Shown piece by piece: positions 49,943-61,060 of a stretch of 64,000 bases of DNA (the first letter of the stretch is position 1; every line of letters starts with the position of its first letter). The translations under genes were made by a program, and so were the position numbers. Origin of the DNA: Candidatus Heimdallarchaeota archaeon (lineage in GTDB: Archaea; Asgardarchaeota; Heimdallarchaeia; Hodarchaeales; Hodarchaeaceae); the NCBI GenBank assembly GCA_011364965.1, contig RDOB01000004.1, positions 32,001 to 96,000 on the forward strand, in the 5' to 3' direction. Below the pieces are notes generated by a model. The model was not told where the DNA came from, ran no database searches, and was given only the letters and a program-made list of their open reading frames with translations.

Positions 49943-52900
49943 ATGGCCATATTTCAGTGTAAAAAACCAAAAAAATCACTTTTCATGCTTTTATTGGCAT
50001 TTTTTCTTATCATACCACCAGTATTTGGTATTATAACATTAAACAAGGAAATTCAGATCGAAACTCCATCTCAACAAGATGTTGAAACCCTAGTTCAAGA
50101 GTTTCACCTTACCCAGAAACCTAAGGAGCAACTTTTTCTGATTTATTTTGATGAGGATAAAGATTTCTACAATTTTCTCGATAATCAGAATGTGAATCTT
50201 ATTTTTAGAGGGCTAAAAGGAGTCGTTATAAAAAGTACTCATAATAATGTTAACCAATTAATAGGAAAGTATAAATATCTTTCTGAATCTAATTTTCATT
50301 TAATTGAAGGATCCGATCATAAATATGTAGTTCACGAAACACCTCAAAATAAATATAATCTAGTTGATGACCAACTATCCCTTTCAATTCAAACTTTGGC
50401 CTCAGCAGCGAAAATAGGTGCAAATAAAATGTGGCAGCAAGGGTACAAAGGCCAAGGAGTTAAAATATGTATAATAGACGAAGGAATCAACGCGAGTCAT
50501 TCAGATTTCAGCTTTCCCAACGGAACTAATCGAGTTGTAGCCCGAGAAGGATTTGTTAATACAACATATGGAAATTCTGAAGATCTGAATCCTAGGGAGG
50601 GATCTCATGGAACTAGCGTAGCAGGCACAGCGGGTGGAGGAGGAATTCTGATTCCAAATAATCAAGGTATAGCAAATGAATCACTTTTCCTCGATGCAGA
50701 TGTAGATGAATCTCCTGATACAAATAGTTTAGATTTCACTATCCTTGGCCATATTGCCGCAATTAATTGGGCAATTGAAAATGGAGCTGATATCATAAAT
50801 CGTAGCTATGGTTCAAGTAATGGAGAAGATACCTATTGGATATATCGCTTAGTTCCTGACTATAAAGCATTAATGGCAACAATCAGACAAGGAACAAAAC
50901 AGGGAGTTGTTTTTGTACACTCAGCAGGTAATGAAGGAGGATCAGGATACACCATATCCCCTGACAATATCATTGAAGAGATAACTGTTGCTGCAACTGA
51001 TCCCTCGATGACACATCGAGCGGATTTTAGTAGCACAGGGCCAGTTTGGCGGACAAATGCTATAAGTCCAGATGTAACTGCTCCAGGGGATGATATAGCT
51101 GCCCCAGATGTTAGAGGAGGGTATAGTGTTGTGCAAGGTACATCATTTTCTGCCCCACATGTCGCAGGAGCTAGTGCACTTTTAATAAACGCTGCAAGAA
51201 TGAATAATCTTGAAATTAACCCAGGTTCAGTTAAAAGTATTTTAATAGCTACAGCAGAAGACATAGATGAAAGTATCTTTGCTCAAGGAACAGGACAAAT
51301 AAATGTTTCAGCAGCATTCGATTATTTATTATCAGCTCAAAGAATAGGTGTGCATCCAATTGTAGGTGCAACTAATCCTAGAAACCTAAATGATTTGAAC
51401 TTACCTCAAATTCTATTAGGTACTGAATATTTAACCCATTTTACTTTTACATCTTCAGAAATGAAAAATGCGTCAATTTCATTGACTGGAAACATCTCAT
51501 CACTAATTTCCTTTGAAGAGCAATTATGGATTGATACACTCTATCAAGGAATGAAACTGGAGAAAATTAACCTTGCAGGGGAAAATTTATCTGAACAGTA
51601 TTCTCATGATATTATTTTACGAATTCAAGTACCGGAAAATACCCCTCTTGGTTTTTACTACGGAGATATTATTTTCAAGGTAAATGACACCAATATCTTA
51701 ACTAAACCAATATCTTTTAATGTAAATCCTAGTATAATGAGAGTTTTATTGCATACAGGAGATTCCGCTAGTTTTCGGTACAATTCATTGGGGGATTTTA
51801 GAGAACTTGTTTCTGGATTGAGTTCTGAAGGTATTGTAATTAACGAGAACAATTCAATCATTTCAGATGAACTTCTATCAGACTATGATGTTGTGTGGCT
51901 CGCAGCAGAAAATCGGACTTATTCTGTGTATAATTACAACAATTACTCCGATACAATCACCACTCTTACGCGTGATCAGCTTTTTACAGAAGAAGAAAGA
52001 CTAGCTATAGTCTCTTTTGTGGAAAATGGCGGTGGAGTGATAATGACTCCATACACGACCACTCTCGGAGTTGAAGAGATAATAAACAGCTGGGGAATAA
52101 GCTCGAAATTAGATGCAGATATAAGTGGAAATCCAGGAACTTTAATTCATGCTAATGAGATTGGAAAGGATTTCGGTCATTTTGATATTTCAGGATCATA
52201 TTTTTCAGTTACGGAATTAGCCCTTCCATTAGCTTATCATAATCAACGAAAAAACATAGTTTTAGCTTCCTATGATGCTCCATTTGGAGGAAGAGCTATC
52301 ATCGCCTCAGGTAGCGACTTTATAACTAATTGGGGGTATCAAAATGAGTTAACCGATCAACCTGATTTTGATATTCAGAATGACATGCTAGTAGAAGATA
52401 TTTTAACTTGGCTTTTATCTGAGGATCAACTAACTGGGTTGTTTAAACAGAATGGTGATGTATTATCATTTTCCCTGCACATTTCAAACAATTTTGTTCC
52501 CGATAACAGTGGAGGTTTAACAGGATCAGTTCAGAGAATCGGAAGTGTCAATCAAGAAGACGTAACATCTGAAATGCCATCAACTGGTACTAATGGCTGG
52601 TATAATTTCACCTATACCATTTCTGAGGGATTTTTCTTCTTTAATTTTAGCTGGAATGATGTTTTCATAGCTTTTGAGATAATAAATGATGAAACAGCTC
52701 CAATCATAGGAATCAGTGGTGTGGAAAATAATACCGTATTCAAAGTTCCAACTGATGTAATTTTCTGGTTTGATGACGCAGGATCAGGAATCAATCAATA
52801 TAGTGCTGCAATGACTATTAATGGAAGTAAGGCCAACTTCAATACCCCTAAGAAGAATTCTACTGGAACTGGTTATTACATTGAGAAAACTTTTTATCCC

Positions 52901-53104
52901 GATGATATGGAAAAAGGGATTTATGTTGTTGAACTAAAAATTTCGGATCTGGCAGAGAATACAGCATCAATTATCTTCGTCTTCAGAATAGGCCGTACAG
53001 GAACTCCTGAAGAACCTGCAGATAATGGTACATCTGGTTTTGAGTGGAGTTTGGTTATTAGCTTGTTTATTCTTGGACAGGTTTTCAGAAAAAAATGGAA
53101 ATAA
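49943..53104 (+). CDS. S8 subtilase with GATase-like (GIFT/DUF4350-type) and Ig-like domains and C-terminal sorting signal
   Basis: IIDEG (D), SHGTSVAG (H), SAGNEG (N), GTSFSAPHVAG (S); DYDVVWL...FTEEERLAIVSFVENGGG; TSGFEW-TM-RKKWK tail. Confidence 0.88.
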   Translation: MAIFQCKKPKKSLFMLLLAFFLIIPPVFGIITLNKEIQIETPSQQDVETLVQEFHLTQKPKEQLFLIYFDEDKDFYNFLDNQNVNLIFRGLKGVVIKSTHNNVNQLIGKYKYLSESNFHLIEGSDHKYVVHETPQNKYNLVDDQLSLSIQTLASAAKIGANKMWQQGYKGQGVKICIIDEGINASHSDFSFPNGTNRVVAREGFVNTTYGNSEDLNPREGSHGTSVAGTAGGGGILIPNNQGIANESLFLDADVDESPDTNSLDFTILGHIAAINWAIENGADIINRSYGSSNGEDTYWIYRLVPDYKALMATIRQGTKQGVVFVHSAGNEGGSGYTISPDNIIEEITVAATDPSMTHRADFSSTGPVWRTNAISPDVTAPGDDIAAPDVRGGYSVVQGTSFSAPHVAGASALLINAARMNNLEINPGSVKSILIATAEDIDESIFAQGTGQINVSAAFDYLLSAQRIGVHPIVGATNPRNLNDLNLPQILLGTEYLTHFTFTSSEMKNASISLTGNISSLISFEEQLWIDTLYQGMKLEKINLAGENLSEQYSHDIILRIQVPENTPLGFYYGDIIFKVNDTNILTKPISFNVNPSIMRVLLHTGDSASFRYNSLGDFRELVSGLSSEGIVINENNSIISDELLSDYDVVWLAAENRTYSVYNYNNYSDTITTLTRDQLFTEEERLAIVSFVENGGGVIMTPYTTTLGVEEIINSWGISSKLDADISGNPGTLIHANEIGKDFGHFDISGSYFSVTELALPLAYHNQRKNIVLASYDAPFGGRAIIASGSDFITNWGYQNELTDQPDFDIQNDMLVEDILTWLLSEDQLTGLFKQNGDVLSFSLHISNNFVPDNSGGLTGSVQRIGSVNQEDVTSEMPSTGTNGWYNFTYTISEGFFFFNFSWNDVFIAFEIINDETAPIIGISGVENNTVFKVPTDVIFWFDDAGSGINQYSAAMTINGSKANFNTPKKNSTGTGYYIEKTFYPDDMEKGIYVVELKISDLAENTASIIFVFRIGRTGTPEEPADNGTSGFEWSLVISLFILGQVFRKKWK

Positions 53105-53124
53105 TAAGAGGAAGAATGCATTTT

Positions 53125-54402
53125 TTATATTCTTCTTCCCCTTTCAGCTACTAGTTTTCCTTGTTTGTAAACTTTTTCCGCTAAATTAACTCCATAATTA
53201 TACGCAAAAAACCTATGATTTGGTGCATCAAAAATTACAAAATCGGCCTTTTTACCTACTTCTAATGAACCAATTTCATTTTCTCGGTCAATTGAATGCG
53301 CAGCGTTAATAGTAGCTGCAACTAATGCTTCTGCAGCAGTCATTTTCATTCTTAAAACAGCTAAGGTCATCATCATTTGCATTGATTCACAAAGGTTTGC
53401 TGCACTTACATCTGTAGCCAATGCAACTGGTAAGCCTCTATCTATTATACCTCTTGCATCTGCGTATTTCCCAACATAACAAAAGGGAGATGTTGGAAGA
53501 AATATAATAACTGTACCTTGATCCTTTAGAGCTTCTACCTCTTCAATTGGGGTAAAAATCAAATGATCAGCAGAAACGACACCTCCTAGTTCTGCTACCA
53601 ATTTCGCACCTCCACTATGTACCAACCAATCACAGTGATTCCGAAGCTTCAAGTTATGCTTTCTGCCTGCCTCAAGAATACGTCGTGTTTGCTCAACATT
53701 AAAGTATCCCTTTTCACAAAAGACATCAGCATATTCTGCTAGTTTTCTTTGTGCAATTTCTGGGATCCATCGATCTACAATGTCATCAGTTAATTCATCA
53801 ACCCTAGATTCATGGTCAGGAGGTATCCCTTGAGCACAAAATGTAGAGATTAAATCCATTGGATGATGCTCATTTAAGGCTTTGATAATTTCTAGCTGTC
53901 TTATCTCCCCTTCATATGTCATCTCATAGCCACTTTTGGCTTCGATTGTGGTTGTTCCGTGAATTAGCATTCTATCAAGGATTTTCGTTGTTATTTTCAT
54001 TTGATCTTTGGTAGATGTTTCTGCTGTTTTTTTTAACGTTAATGGCATTCCTCCACCTTGAGATTTGATTTCTAAATAAGCTACTCCTTTGACAGCCATT
54101 TTTTCCAATTCAACTTCACGAGTCCCAGCAAAAATTAAATGTACATGAGGATCAATTAACCCTGGGGTAACAAGTTTATCTTTCGCATCTATTATTTCAT
54201 ATTCACCTTCGAGTCGTTTTAATACCTCCTCAGTAGTTCCGACTGTTGCAATACGTCCATTCGATACTGCAAATGCACCATTTTTTATTACCTCTAAATT
54301 ATCCATATCCTTTCCAGTTTTAGGTTTTGTACTGGATCCTCGAAGAGTAACTAATTCATTAGCATTTATTAAAACTAAATCAACTTTAAGTCCCATTTTC
54401 AT
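53125..54402 (-). CDS. hutI: Imidazolonepropionase-like amidohydrolase (divergent)
   Basis: PGLIDPHVHLIFAG, GTTTIEAKSGY, DVFCEKGYF, SADHL, LATD; ATG 54402/54396 preferred over track start 54441. Confidence 0.75.
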   Translation of the reverse strand: MKMGLKVDLVLINANELVTLRGSSTKPKTGKDMDNLEVIKNGAFAVSNGRIATVGTTEEVLKRLEGEYEIIDAKDKLVTPGLIDPHVHLIFAGTREVELEKMAVKGVAYLEIKSQGGGMPLTLKKTAETSTKDQMKITTKILDRMLIHGTTTIEAKSGYEMTYEGEIRQLEIIKALNEHHPMDLISTFCAQGIPPDHESRVDELTDDIVDRWIPEIAQRKLAEYADVFCEKGYFNVEQTRRILEAGRKHNLKLRNHCDWLVHSGGAKLVAELGGVVSADHLIFTPIEEVEALKDQGTVIIFLPTSPFCYVGKYADARGIIDRGLPVALATDVSAANLCESMQMMMTLAVLRMKMTAAEALVAATINAAHSIDRENEIGSLEVGKKADFVIFDAPNHRFFAYNYGVNLAEKVYKQGKLVAERGRRI

Positions 54403-54410
54403 CACAATTT

Positions 54411-55739
54411 TTACACATCTATATACCGTTTTCGCTCCCAATCATGAACATGAACACTAAATTCATGCCATTCCTTCTGTTTTAATTGCAGGTATTTCTG
54501 TATAAATTCGCTCCCCAGTCCCTCTGTAATGAACTGATCCTTTGAGAGCTCTTTAAGTGCTTCACCCAAATTTTCAGGAAGCACTGCAATTCCCCGTGCT
54601 TTTCTCTCAACTATATTCATATGGTAAATATTATCTTCAACTGGATCAGGTGGGGTAAGTGTATTTTCTATTCCATCACGTCCAGCAGCTAAAAGCGCGG
54701 CGTATGCAATATAGAAATTACATGATCCATCTGTGGGTCTATATTCAAGACGAGCTGCTTTTTTATTTCCTGGAGGAATTCTAATTAGAGTAGATCTATT
54801 ATAATGGGCCCATGAAATGTATACAGGAGCCTCCCAACCAGGAACAAGGCGCTTGTAAGAATTAACAGAGGGATTGGTAATTCCAGCTAAGGCTTTTGCA
54901 TGCGAAAGAACCCCAGCCATAAAATTAAAACCAATTTCACTTAAAATACCTGAATTATCAAGACTAGAGAAAAGATTTTGGCCTTTATTTTCATCTACTA
55001 AATTGATATGAGTATGTAATCCAGCTCCATATTCTCCATGGAAAGGTTTTGGCATGAAAGATGCAATCAAGCCTTTTCTGGCACTCATCAATTTTATGAT
55101 AAATTTAATTAAATAAATCGTATCAGCCATACTAATTACGTCTGAACATGGAATATTGAACTCACTCTTTCCATGAGGTACTTCATGATGATGTTTCTCA
55201 ACAATAACCCCAATTTTTCGAAGTTCTTCAGTAATCTCAAGTCTTAATTCAGCTGCTTTATCTGTTGGAGGAGATGCAAGGTAACCACCCTGATCTATTA
55301 AACGAACCTGATCAGCATTTTCTGGTGTAAATATAAAAAATTCAATTTCACTGGAAGCAATTCCCATAACATCAGCTCCTAAAACATTTTGAATATCTTT
55401 AATAGCCTTTTTCAGCACAAATCTCGGATCCAAGATAAAGGGTTCATTTGAATCAGGTTTGTAAATGTCACATACAATTCTTGCTACCTTTTGAGGAAAT
55501 AATTTTACTGGAAGAGGAGAAAAACTCCTCAGGTCTGGCATAAGCTTTACATCACTCTTACTTACATCTACCACACCAAGTGATGATCCATCGGTATGTA
55601 TTCCTTCTTCTACAGCTTTTTTAAGCTCAGAAACCGGAATCCATAGTGTATGTAACGTTCCAGGTATGCTGGTAAACTGAAGTGCGACTTCTGTGATTTT
55701 TTGCCTGTCAATAATTTCTAATACTGATTTTAGTTCCAT
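54411..55739 (-). CDS. glnA: Glutamine synthetase type I
   Basis: DGSS, HHEV, FMPKP, NSYKRLVPGWEAP, NRSTLIRIP, RLEYR. Confidence 0.85.
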   Translation of the reverse strand: MELKSVLEIIDRQKITEVALQFTSIPGTLHTLWIPVSELKKAVEEGIHTDGSSLGVVDVSKSDVKLMPDLRSFSPLPVKLFPQKVARIVCDIYKPDSNEPFILDPRFVLKKAIKDIQNVLGADVMGIASSEIEFFIFTPENADQVRLIDQGGYLASPPTDKAAELRLEITEELRKIGVIVEKHHHEVPHGKSEFNIPCSDVISMADTIYLIKFIIKLMSARKGLIASFMPKPFHGEYGAGLHTHINLVDENKGQNLFSSLDNSGILSEIGFNFMAGVLSHAKALAGITNPSVNSYKRLVPGWEAPVYISWAHYNRSTLIRIPPGNKKAARLEYRPTDGSCNFYIAYAALLAAGRDGIENTLTPPDPVEDNIYHMNIVERKARGIAVLPENLGEALKELSKDQFITEGLGSEFIQKYLQLKQKEWHEFSVHVHDWERKRYIDV

Positions 55740-55945
55740 CTATCTTGTTTCCTGCTATTTCATTTATTAATTAATATCCATTTTTTCATTCAGCCAAAAA
55801 GATTGAGTTAAAATCTACTATTCAGAACGAAAGGAGTATAAATCGATTTCTAATTTCCGCAATTTTCAAAAAAAAGGATAAAAAGCGGCCTTTAACAATT
55901 TATTTGTTAATATTTATTTTATCAGAGATCGAGAGAAATACCAAC

Positions 55946-57127
55946 ATGGATCCCAAAATACTCAAAAATGCTCTCATAAACGATGGAAAGGCCATTGAGT
56001 CGTATATAGTTGAAATCCGAAGAAATATTCATAGCTATCCAGAAACTGCGTTTGAAGAATACAAAACTGCGGAATATATTGAATTCAAACTTCAAGAAAT
56101 TGGGTATCAGACCGTAAGAATCGCAAAAACTGGAGTTATTGCCATCCTAGAGGGATTGAGTGATGGTTTGACTGTTGCACTTCGCGCAGATATTGATGCT
56201 CTTAATGTGACAGAAGAAACTAATCTTCCTTATTCTAGTCAAATATCTGGTAAAATGCACGCATGTGGTCATGATGCACATGTTGCAATGCTTCTTGGAG
56301 CGGCTAAATTGATTTATGAATATAAAAAGGAATTAAGAGGTACATTAAAATTCATATTTCAACCGGCAGAAGAAGGTGGAGGTGGAGCAAAAAGAATAGT
56401 AGAGGAAGGATGGCTAGATGATGTTGATATCGTTTTTGGATTTCATATATGGAGCAATCTACCTGCAGGAATAATAGGAACTCGTAAAGGTGCAACGTTT
56501 GCATCTTCTGATAGATTTTCAATATTAATTAAAGGAAAAGGAGGATATGTTTCAATATTTGATCAAACTCAGGATCCAACTTTATTAATACCAGAGATCT
56601 ACAATGCACTACAAAAAATAATATCCAGAGAAATAAATCCATTTACTAATTGTGTCCTCTCAGTACCATATATTAAAGGCAGTGATGCTCATAATATCAT
56701 ACCTTCAACTGCTAAATTGCGTGGAACATTAAGAACACACGATGAAAATGTAAGAATATATATCAAACAGAGAATTGAAGAGATTGTAGAAAACTATTGT
56801 AGAGCTTGGCATTGTACTGGTGAAACTGTTTTTGATCCAAATGCATATCCTTCAGTGGTTAATAATGAGGAGGTGGTTGAAAAAGTTATTGATAGCTTGA
56901 AGGAATTGGATGAAGTTAAAGTGATGGAACAAACTATGATAGCAGAGGACTTTTCTTTTTACTTAACTAAAGCGAGAGGGGTATTCCTCACTTTAGGAAC
57001 GTATAATGAGGAAAAAGGAATAATATTTCCTCATCATCACTCTAAATTTCAAGTAGATGAAGCAATTCTATGGAAAGGCGCCGTTGCATATGCCATTCTA
57101 GGGTTTTATTCTATATTATCTCCATAA
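55946..57127 (+). CDS. M20D amidohydrolase (aminoacylase/carboxypeptidase)
   Basis: RADIDAL, MHACGHDAH, FQPAEEG, AEDFS, HHSKF; ATG 55946 preferred over track start 55904. Confidence 0.9.
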   Translation: MDPKILKNALINDGKAIESYIVEIRRNIHSYPETAFEEYKTAEYIEFKLQEIGYQTVRIAKTGVIAILEGLSDGLTVALRADIDALNVTEETNLPYSSQISGKMHACGHDAHVAMLLGAAKLIYEYKKELRGTLKFIFQPAEEGGGGAKRIVEEGWLDDVDIVFGFHIWSNLPAGIIGTRKGATFASSDRFSILIKGKGGYVSIFDQTQDPTLLIPEIYNALQKIISREINPFTNCVLSVPYIKGSDAHNIIPSTAKLRGTLRTHDENVRIYIKQRIEEIVENYCRAWHCTGETVFDPNAYPSVVNNEEVVEKVIDSLKELDEVKVMEQTMIAEDFSFYLTKARGVFLTLGTYNEEKGIIFPHHHSKFQVDEAILWKGAVAYAILGFYSILSP

Positions 57128-58623
57128 ATTCCAGCTAGTTCCCTTTTCTGAATCATTTGAACGCATGAAACTATATCAGGTGTCAATTCGCGGTCGTGTA
57201 CCAAGCGTGGTACCTTCTTACGAATTTGTTCATAAATCCCTTTAGATGAAGGTGAAAGAAACTCAACAGCTTCTGATAAATCAATTGCTTGGCAAACACA
57301 AAGTAACTCAATAGCCAAAATATACTCTAAATTTCTAATAATTTTTTCAGTTTGAGTAGCTGCAATTGTTCCCATACTTACATGATCCTCTTGATTTGCT
57401 GATACGGGAATTGAATCAACAGAAGCAGGTACTGCAAGAGTTTTATTTTCAGAGACAAGAGCAGCAGCAGTATATTGAGCAATCATAAATCCCGAGTTCA
57501 ATCCACTATGAGGGGTTAAGAAAGCTGGTAAATTGCTTAGAGTGGGATTTAATAATCTTTCAACTCGTCGTTCTGATATATTTCCCACCTCAGCCATCGC
57601 AATACCAAGAAAATCCATTGCCAAGGCAACAGGTTGCCCATGGAAGTTCCCACCGCTATAAATCTCATCTACTGAAAAAATGAGTGGATTATCGGTAGAA
57701 GCATTCATTTCTATCTGAATAATTCTTTTAACATAATTAATAGTATCTAAACTTGCTCCGTGGACAATGGGACTACAGCGTAAAGAATAGCTATCCTGAC
57801 GACCGATATTTTTTCTAATCCTTTTACTCCCTTCAAGACTAGCGCGCATTTCTTTAGCTACTGCAATTTGGCCCGCATGTGGTCTTGCATCATGAATTAG
57901 AGAATTTAAACAGTCAATATTAGCTTGGTGAACTTCCATACTTAAAATAGCAGCTAGATTGGCAATATGTAACAAGTATCTCGCATCAAAGACAGTTAAC
58001 GCTCCAATAGAGGTCATTGCTTGAGTTCCATTTAGCAAAGCAAGTCCATCCTTAGAACCAAGACTTAAAGGTGATAAATTAGCTAATTTCAGTACTTCAG
58101 AGCCAGAATATTGTAATCCCTTGTACAAGGCATGTCCTCTCCCAATAAGCACTAAAGCGAGATGTGCTAAAGGGGCAAGATCTCCACTTGCACCTAAACT
58201 CCCTTTTGAGGGAACAATGGGTGTAATTCCACAATTTAGCATTTTTATTAATAGCTCAACCACTTGGGGATTAACTCCTGAATTACCTCTCGCAAATTTA
58301 TTAATCTCAAGCAGCATCATCCCTCTAACCACCTCAATAGGGAAATTGTCTCCCACTCCTGAAGCATGACTTTTTACTAGATTTTCCTGTAACTTTTTAG
58401 AATCATCAGGAGATATAATTACATCCTGTAAATATCCAAAGCCAGTAGTTACCCCATATATTCTTCTCTTTTCAGCAAGTATAGTCTTAATGATTTCATA
58501 GGAATGATTGATATTTTGAATGGCTGTTTTACTTAAATCAATTTTATTTTTTGCTCGTACGACAGAAATGAAGTCTTTAATTCCTAAATGTTCCCCATCT
58601 AACTCTATAAACGGACTTAACAT
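57106..58623 (-). CDS. hutH: Histidine ammonia-lyase
   Basis: YGVTTGFG, KSHA, GASGDLAPLAH (MIO), GGNFHGQP, SANQEDHVSMG. Confidence 0.93.
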   Translation of the reverse strand: MLSPFIELDGEHLGIKDFISVVRAKNKIDLSKTAIQNINHSYEIIKTILAEKRRIYGVTTGFGYLQDVIISPDDSKKLQENLVKSHASGVGDNFPIEVVRGMMLLEINKFARGNSGVNPQVVELLIKMLNCGITPIVPSKGSLGASGDLAPLAHLALVLIGRGHALYKGLQYSGSEVLKLANLSPLSLGSKDGLALLNGTQAMTSIGALTVFDARYLLHIANLAAILSMEVHQANIDCLNSLIHDARPHAGQIAVAKEMRASLEGSKRIRKNIGRQDSYSLRCSPIVHGASLDTINYVKRIIQIEMNASTDNPLIFSVDEIYSGGNFHGQPVALAMDFLGIAMAEVGNISERRVERLLNPTLSNLPAFLTPHSGLNSGFMIAQYTAAALVSENKTLAVPASVDSIPVSANQEDHVSMGTIAATQTEKIIRNLEYILAIELLCVCQAIDLSEAVEFLSPSSKGIYEQIRKKVPRLVHDRELTPDIVSCVQMIQKRELAGIYGDNIE

Positions 58624-58918
58624 AGCATAACATCTCGAATTTTATTCTTTAGTAGAATTCGAAGTAATTACCTATCTGATCTGAGTTTCTATTAAGCGTA
58701 TTAATCGAATTTTAATAAATTATTCATAAAAAAAGCCATAGAGCTTTATTTTCAAAAACAATTTTTTGTAATAACTCAATTATTTATTCATTATTTAATA
58801 AGATGGGATGTTAAACTTAGATTTCCTTGATGATTAAAAATAGCAGATATAGTAAATCATATTATCTTTAGCTTTTTTTCCCATTTAGCGAATTTAGATG
58901 GTGGTTTAAAATATTTCC

Positions 58919-59941
58919 ATGATCCCTTTTTCATCCTTAATAGGATTAGAAGAATGTAAACTTGCACTAGTATTATCTATCATCGATCCTCGCATAGGAG
59001 GAGTTCTTATTTCAGGGCCCAAAGGAACAGGTAAGAGCTCATTAGTTCGATCACTCTATTCTATCCTTCCTGATGTTAATTATGTGGAAAATTGTCAATT
59101 TCATTGTAATCCCTACAATAGTGCCCTATTATGTTCTGAATGTTTAGAAAAGAGACAAAAAGGAGACTTAAACATAAAATCCAAACAGATATCTGTTATC
59201 ACTCTACCATTAGGTGCAACCGAAGATCGTGTCATTGGATCTCTGGATATCGAAAAGATTATAGGGGCAGGTATAGAGGCTCTTTCGCCAGGTATCCTAG
59301 CATTGGCAAATCAAGAAATTCTTTATATTGACGAAATTAACCTGCTCCCTGATCACCTCGTTGATACTATTTTGGATTGCGCAGCTTCAGGATGGAATAT
59401 AGTAGAACGAGAGAATATCTCGGTTAGACATCCGAGCCAATTTATATTAATTGGGACAATGAATCCGGAGGAAGGAGATCTTAGACCTCAATTACTTGAT
59501 AGATTAAGTTTATTCGCCCAAGCTGGAAATATTCACGACCTTAATGATCGGATTAAGATAATAGAATTAAACCTACAGCAAGAAAATAAGGAATTACTCT
59601 TTTCTCGCTTCAAAGATACAGATGAGAAAATAAAGTCGAGAATTAAGAATGCAAGGCTTATATTGGAGGATGTTATACTGACTAAAAATCACAAAACTGT
59701 TATTGCAAATCTTTGCATGGCATTGAAAGTTGATGGTTTCCGAGGAGATATCGTATTAGCTCGAGCAAGTCGTGCAAAAGCCGCATATGACGCAAGAAAG
59801 GAGGTTTCCTTCAATGATATCCTTGATTGTGCGTTTCTAGCCCTTTTACACAGGACACGAGAAGGAGGAATGAGAGAACCCCCCTCAAGAATAGAAATAA
59901 GTAAGCTATTTTCAGAAATAATAGAAGCTCTGAAGAAATAA
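58919..59941 (+). CDS. Magnesium-chelatase subunit I (ChlI/BchI)-like AAA+ ATPase
   Basis: [53 protein letters not shown]. Confidence 0.9.
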   Translation: MIPFSSLIGLEECKLALVLSIIDPRIGGVLISGPKGTGKSSLVRSLYSILPDVNYVENCQFHCNPYNSALLCSECLEKRQKGDLNIKSKQISVITLPLGATEDRVIGSLDIEKIIGAGIEALSPGILALANQEILYIDEINLLPDHLVDTILDCAASGWNIVERENISVRHPSQFILIGTMNPEEGDLRPQLLDRLSLFAQAGNIHDLNDRIKIIELNLQQENKELLFSRFKDTDEKIKSRIKNARLILEDVILTKNHKTVIANLCMALKVDGFRGDIVLARASRAKAAYDARKEVSFNDILDCAFLALLHRTREGGMREPPSRIEISKLFSEIIEALKK

Positions 59942-59949
59942 GATTTAAT

Positions 59950-60435
59950 TCAGGCTGATTTGGTAGATAACTTAATATCTCCTGACAAGATACCACCAGC
60001 TGCTCCTGATGCTATTCCCATAGCTATTCCAGGTATAAGACCGATTACAGCGTAATTAATTAAAAATGAGATTTCTAAGAAAAAAACCTCGGGATTTTCA
60101 CCAAAATACAATATTCTAATCAATGCGCCTATAATCGGAAAAAATGCTGAGCCTATAATTGCTGCAAGAATACCTGATAAGATCCCTACAGCAATTGGAG
60201 ACTTGTAATCAGAACGATTAATCCAAATTCCTGCAACGAGTCCACTAATAAACCCGCTAAAAGCCCCAAAAAAGAAAGCAGATCCTAACGCGCGAGTAAA
60301 AATTTCATCAATTGTAGCTTCTCTTATTAATTCGATGGGATATATAAAATAGACTAAGGAGGCAAAGATCAAAGCAAATAAAAGGCCTAGAAGGGTAAAA
60401 TCAGTGAGAAAGATAAATTTTTGGGGAATTTTCAT
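59950..60435 (-). CDS. Small Gly-rich 4-TM membrane protein
   Basis: Four hydrophobic segments with GxxxG motifs. Confidence 0.65.
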   Translation of the reverse strand: MKIPQKFIFLTDFTLLGLLFALIFASLVYFIYPIELIREATIDEIFTRALGSAFFFGAFSGFISGLVAGIWINRSDYKSPIAVGILSGILAAIIGSAFFPIIGALIRILYFGENPEVFFLEISFLINYAVIGLIPGIAMGIASGAAGGILSGDIKLSTKSA

Positions 60436-61006
60436 TTTTAAATAATCCTTTGTTTCGTTCTTTGGCTTTCTTACGTTTGAACAACGTTTAAAAGAAAAAA
60501 TTGTCTTTATTTCTTCACTAAATACAAAATTCCTGTCAATTGGCCGTTATAGACTTGAGAGCTTAAAGGTTGTGTTTGAAATCTGTGTTAATTAAAACAA
60601 ATAAATTCCTTGTGTTATCTGCTATTGGTTGTTAGATTTTAACAGGCATTATACGTTCGCCTATATAGAAAATCCTGAAATTAATTTTACAATGCTATTT
60701 CCCAATAAAATTAGTTTTAATTTATTAATTCCATACTACATACTTTTCTGAGACGTCTTATGTATATAAATAAAGTTCAATTGTAATTTTTTACTCAAAT
60801 TCTAATACATAACTCATCTTAAGTTAATTTTTTGAAATAAATAAGTAAAAAGATAACTAGGGCTTCAGACTTAAATTACAGCAAAGCTTTCAATCAACCT
60901 CCATCGGGATTAAATATTTAAAAGCTCCAAAATAAAAAGTGAGATGCACAAGTCGCTAGATGCTCCTTCTCTCAATCTGGCTCTAGTAGCTAATAAATGA
61001 CCCTTC

Positions 61007-61028
61007 TTACCATGATAATTCATGGTAA
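61007..61028. promoter_or_regulatory. Inverted repeat (candidate operator) upstream of the ABC substrate-binding gene
   Basis: TTACCATGA-TAAT-TCATGGTAA. Confidence 0.5.
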
Positions 61029-61060
61029 CAACCATTGGAGTATTTAGCTGAGTTTGTGTT

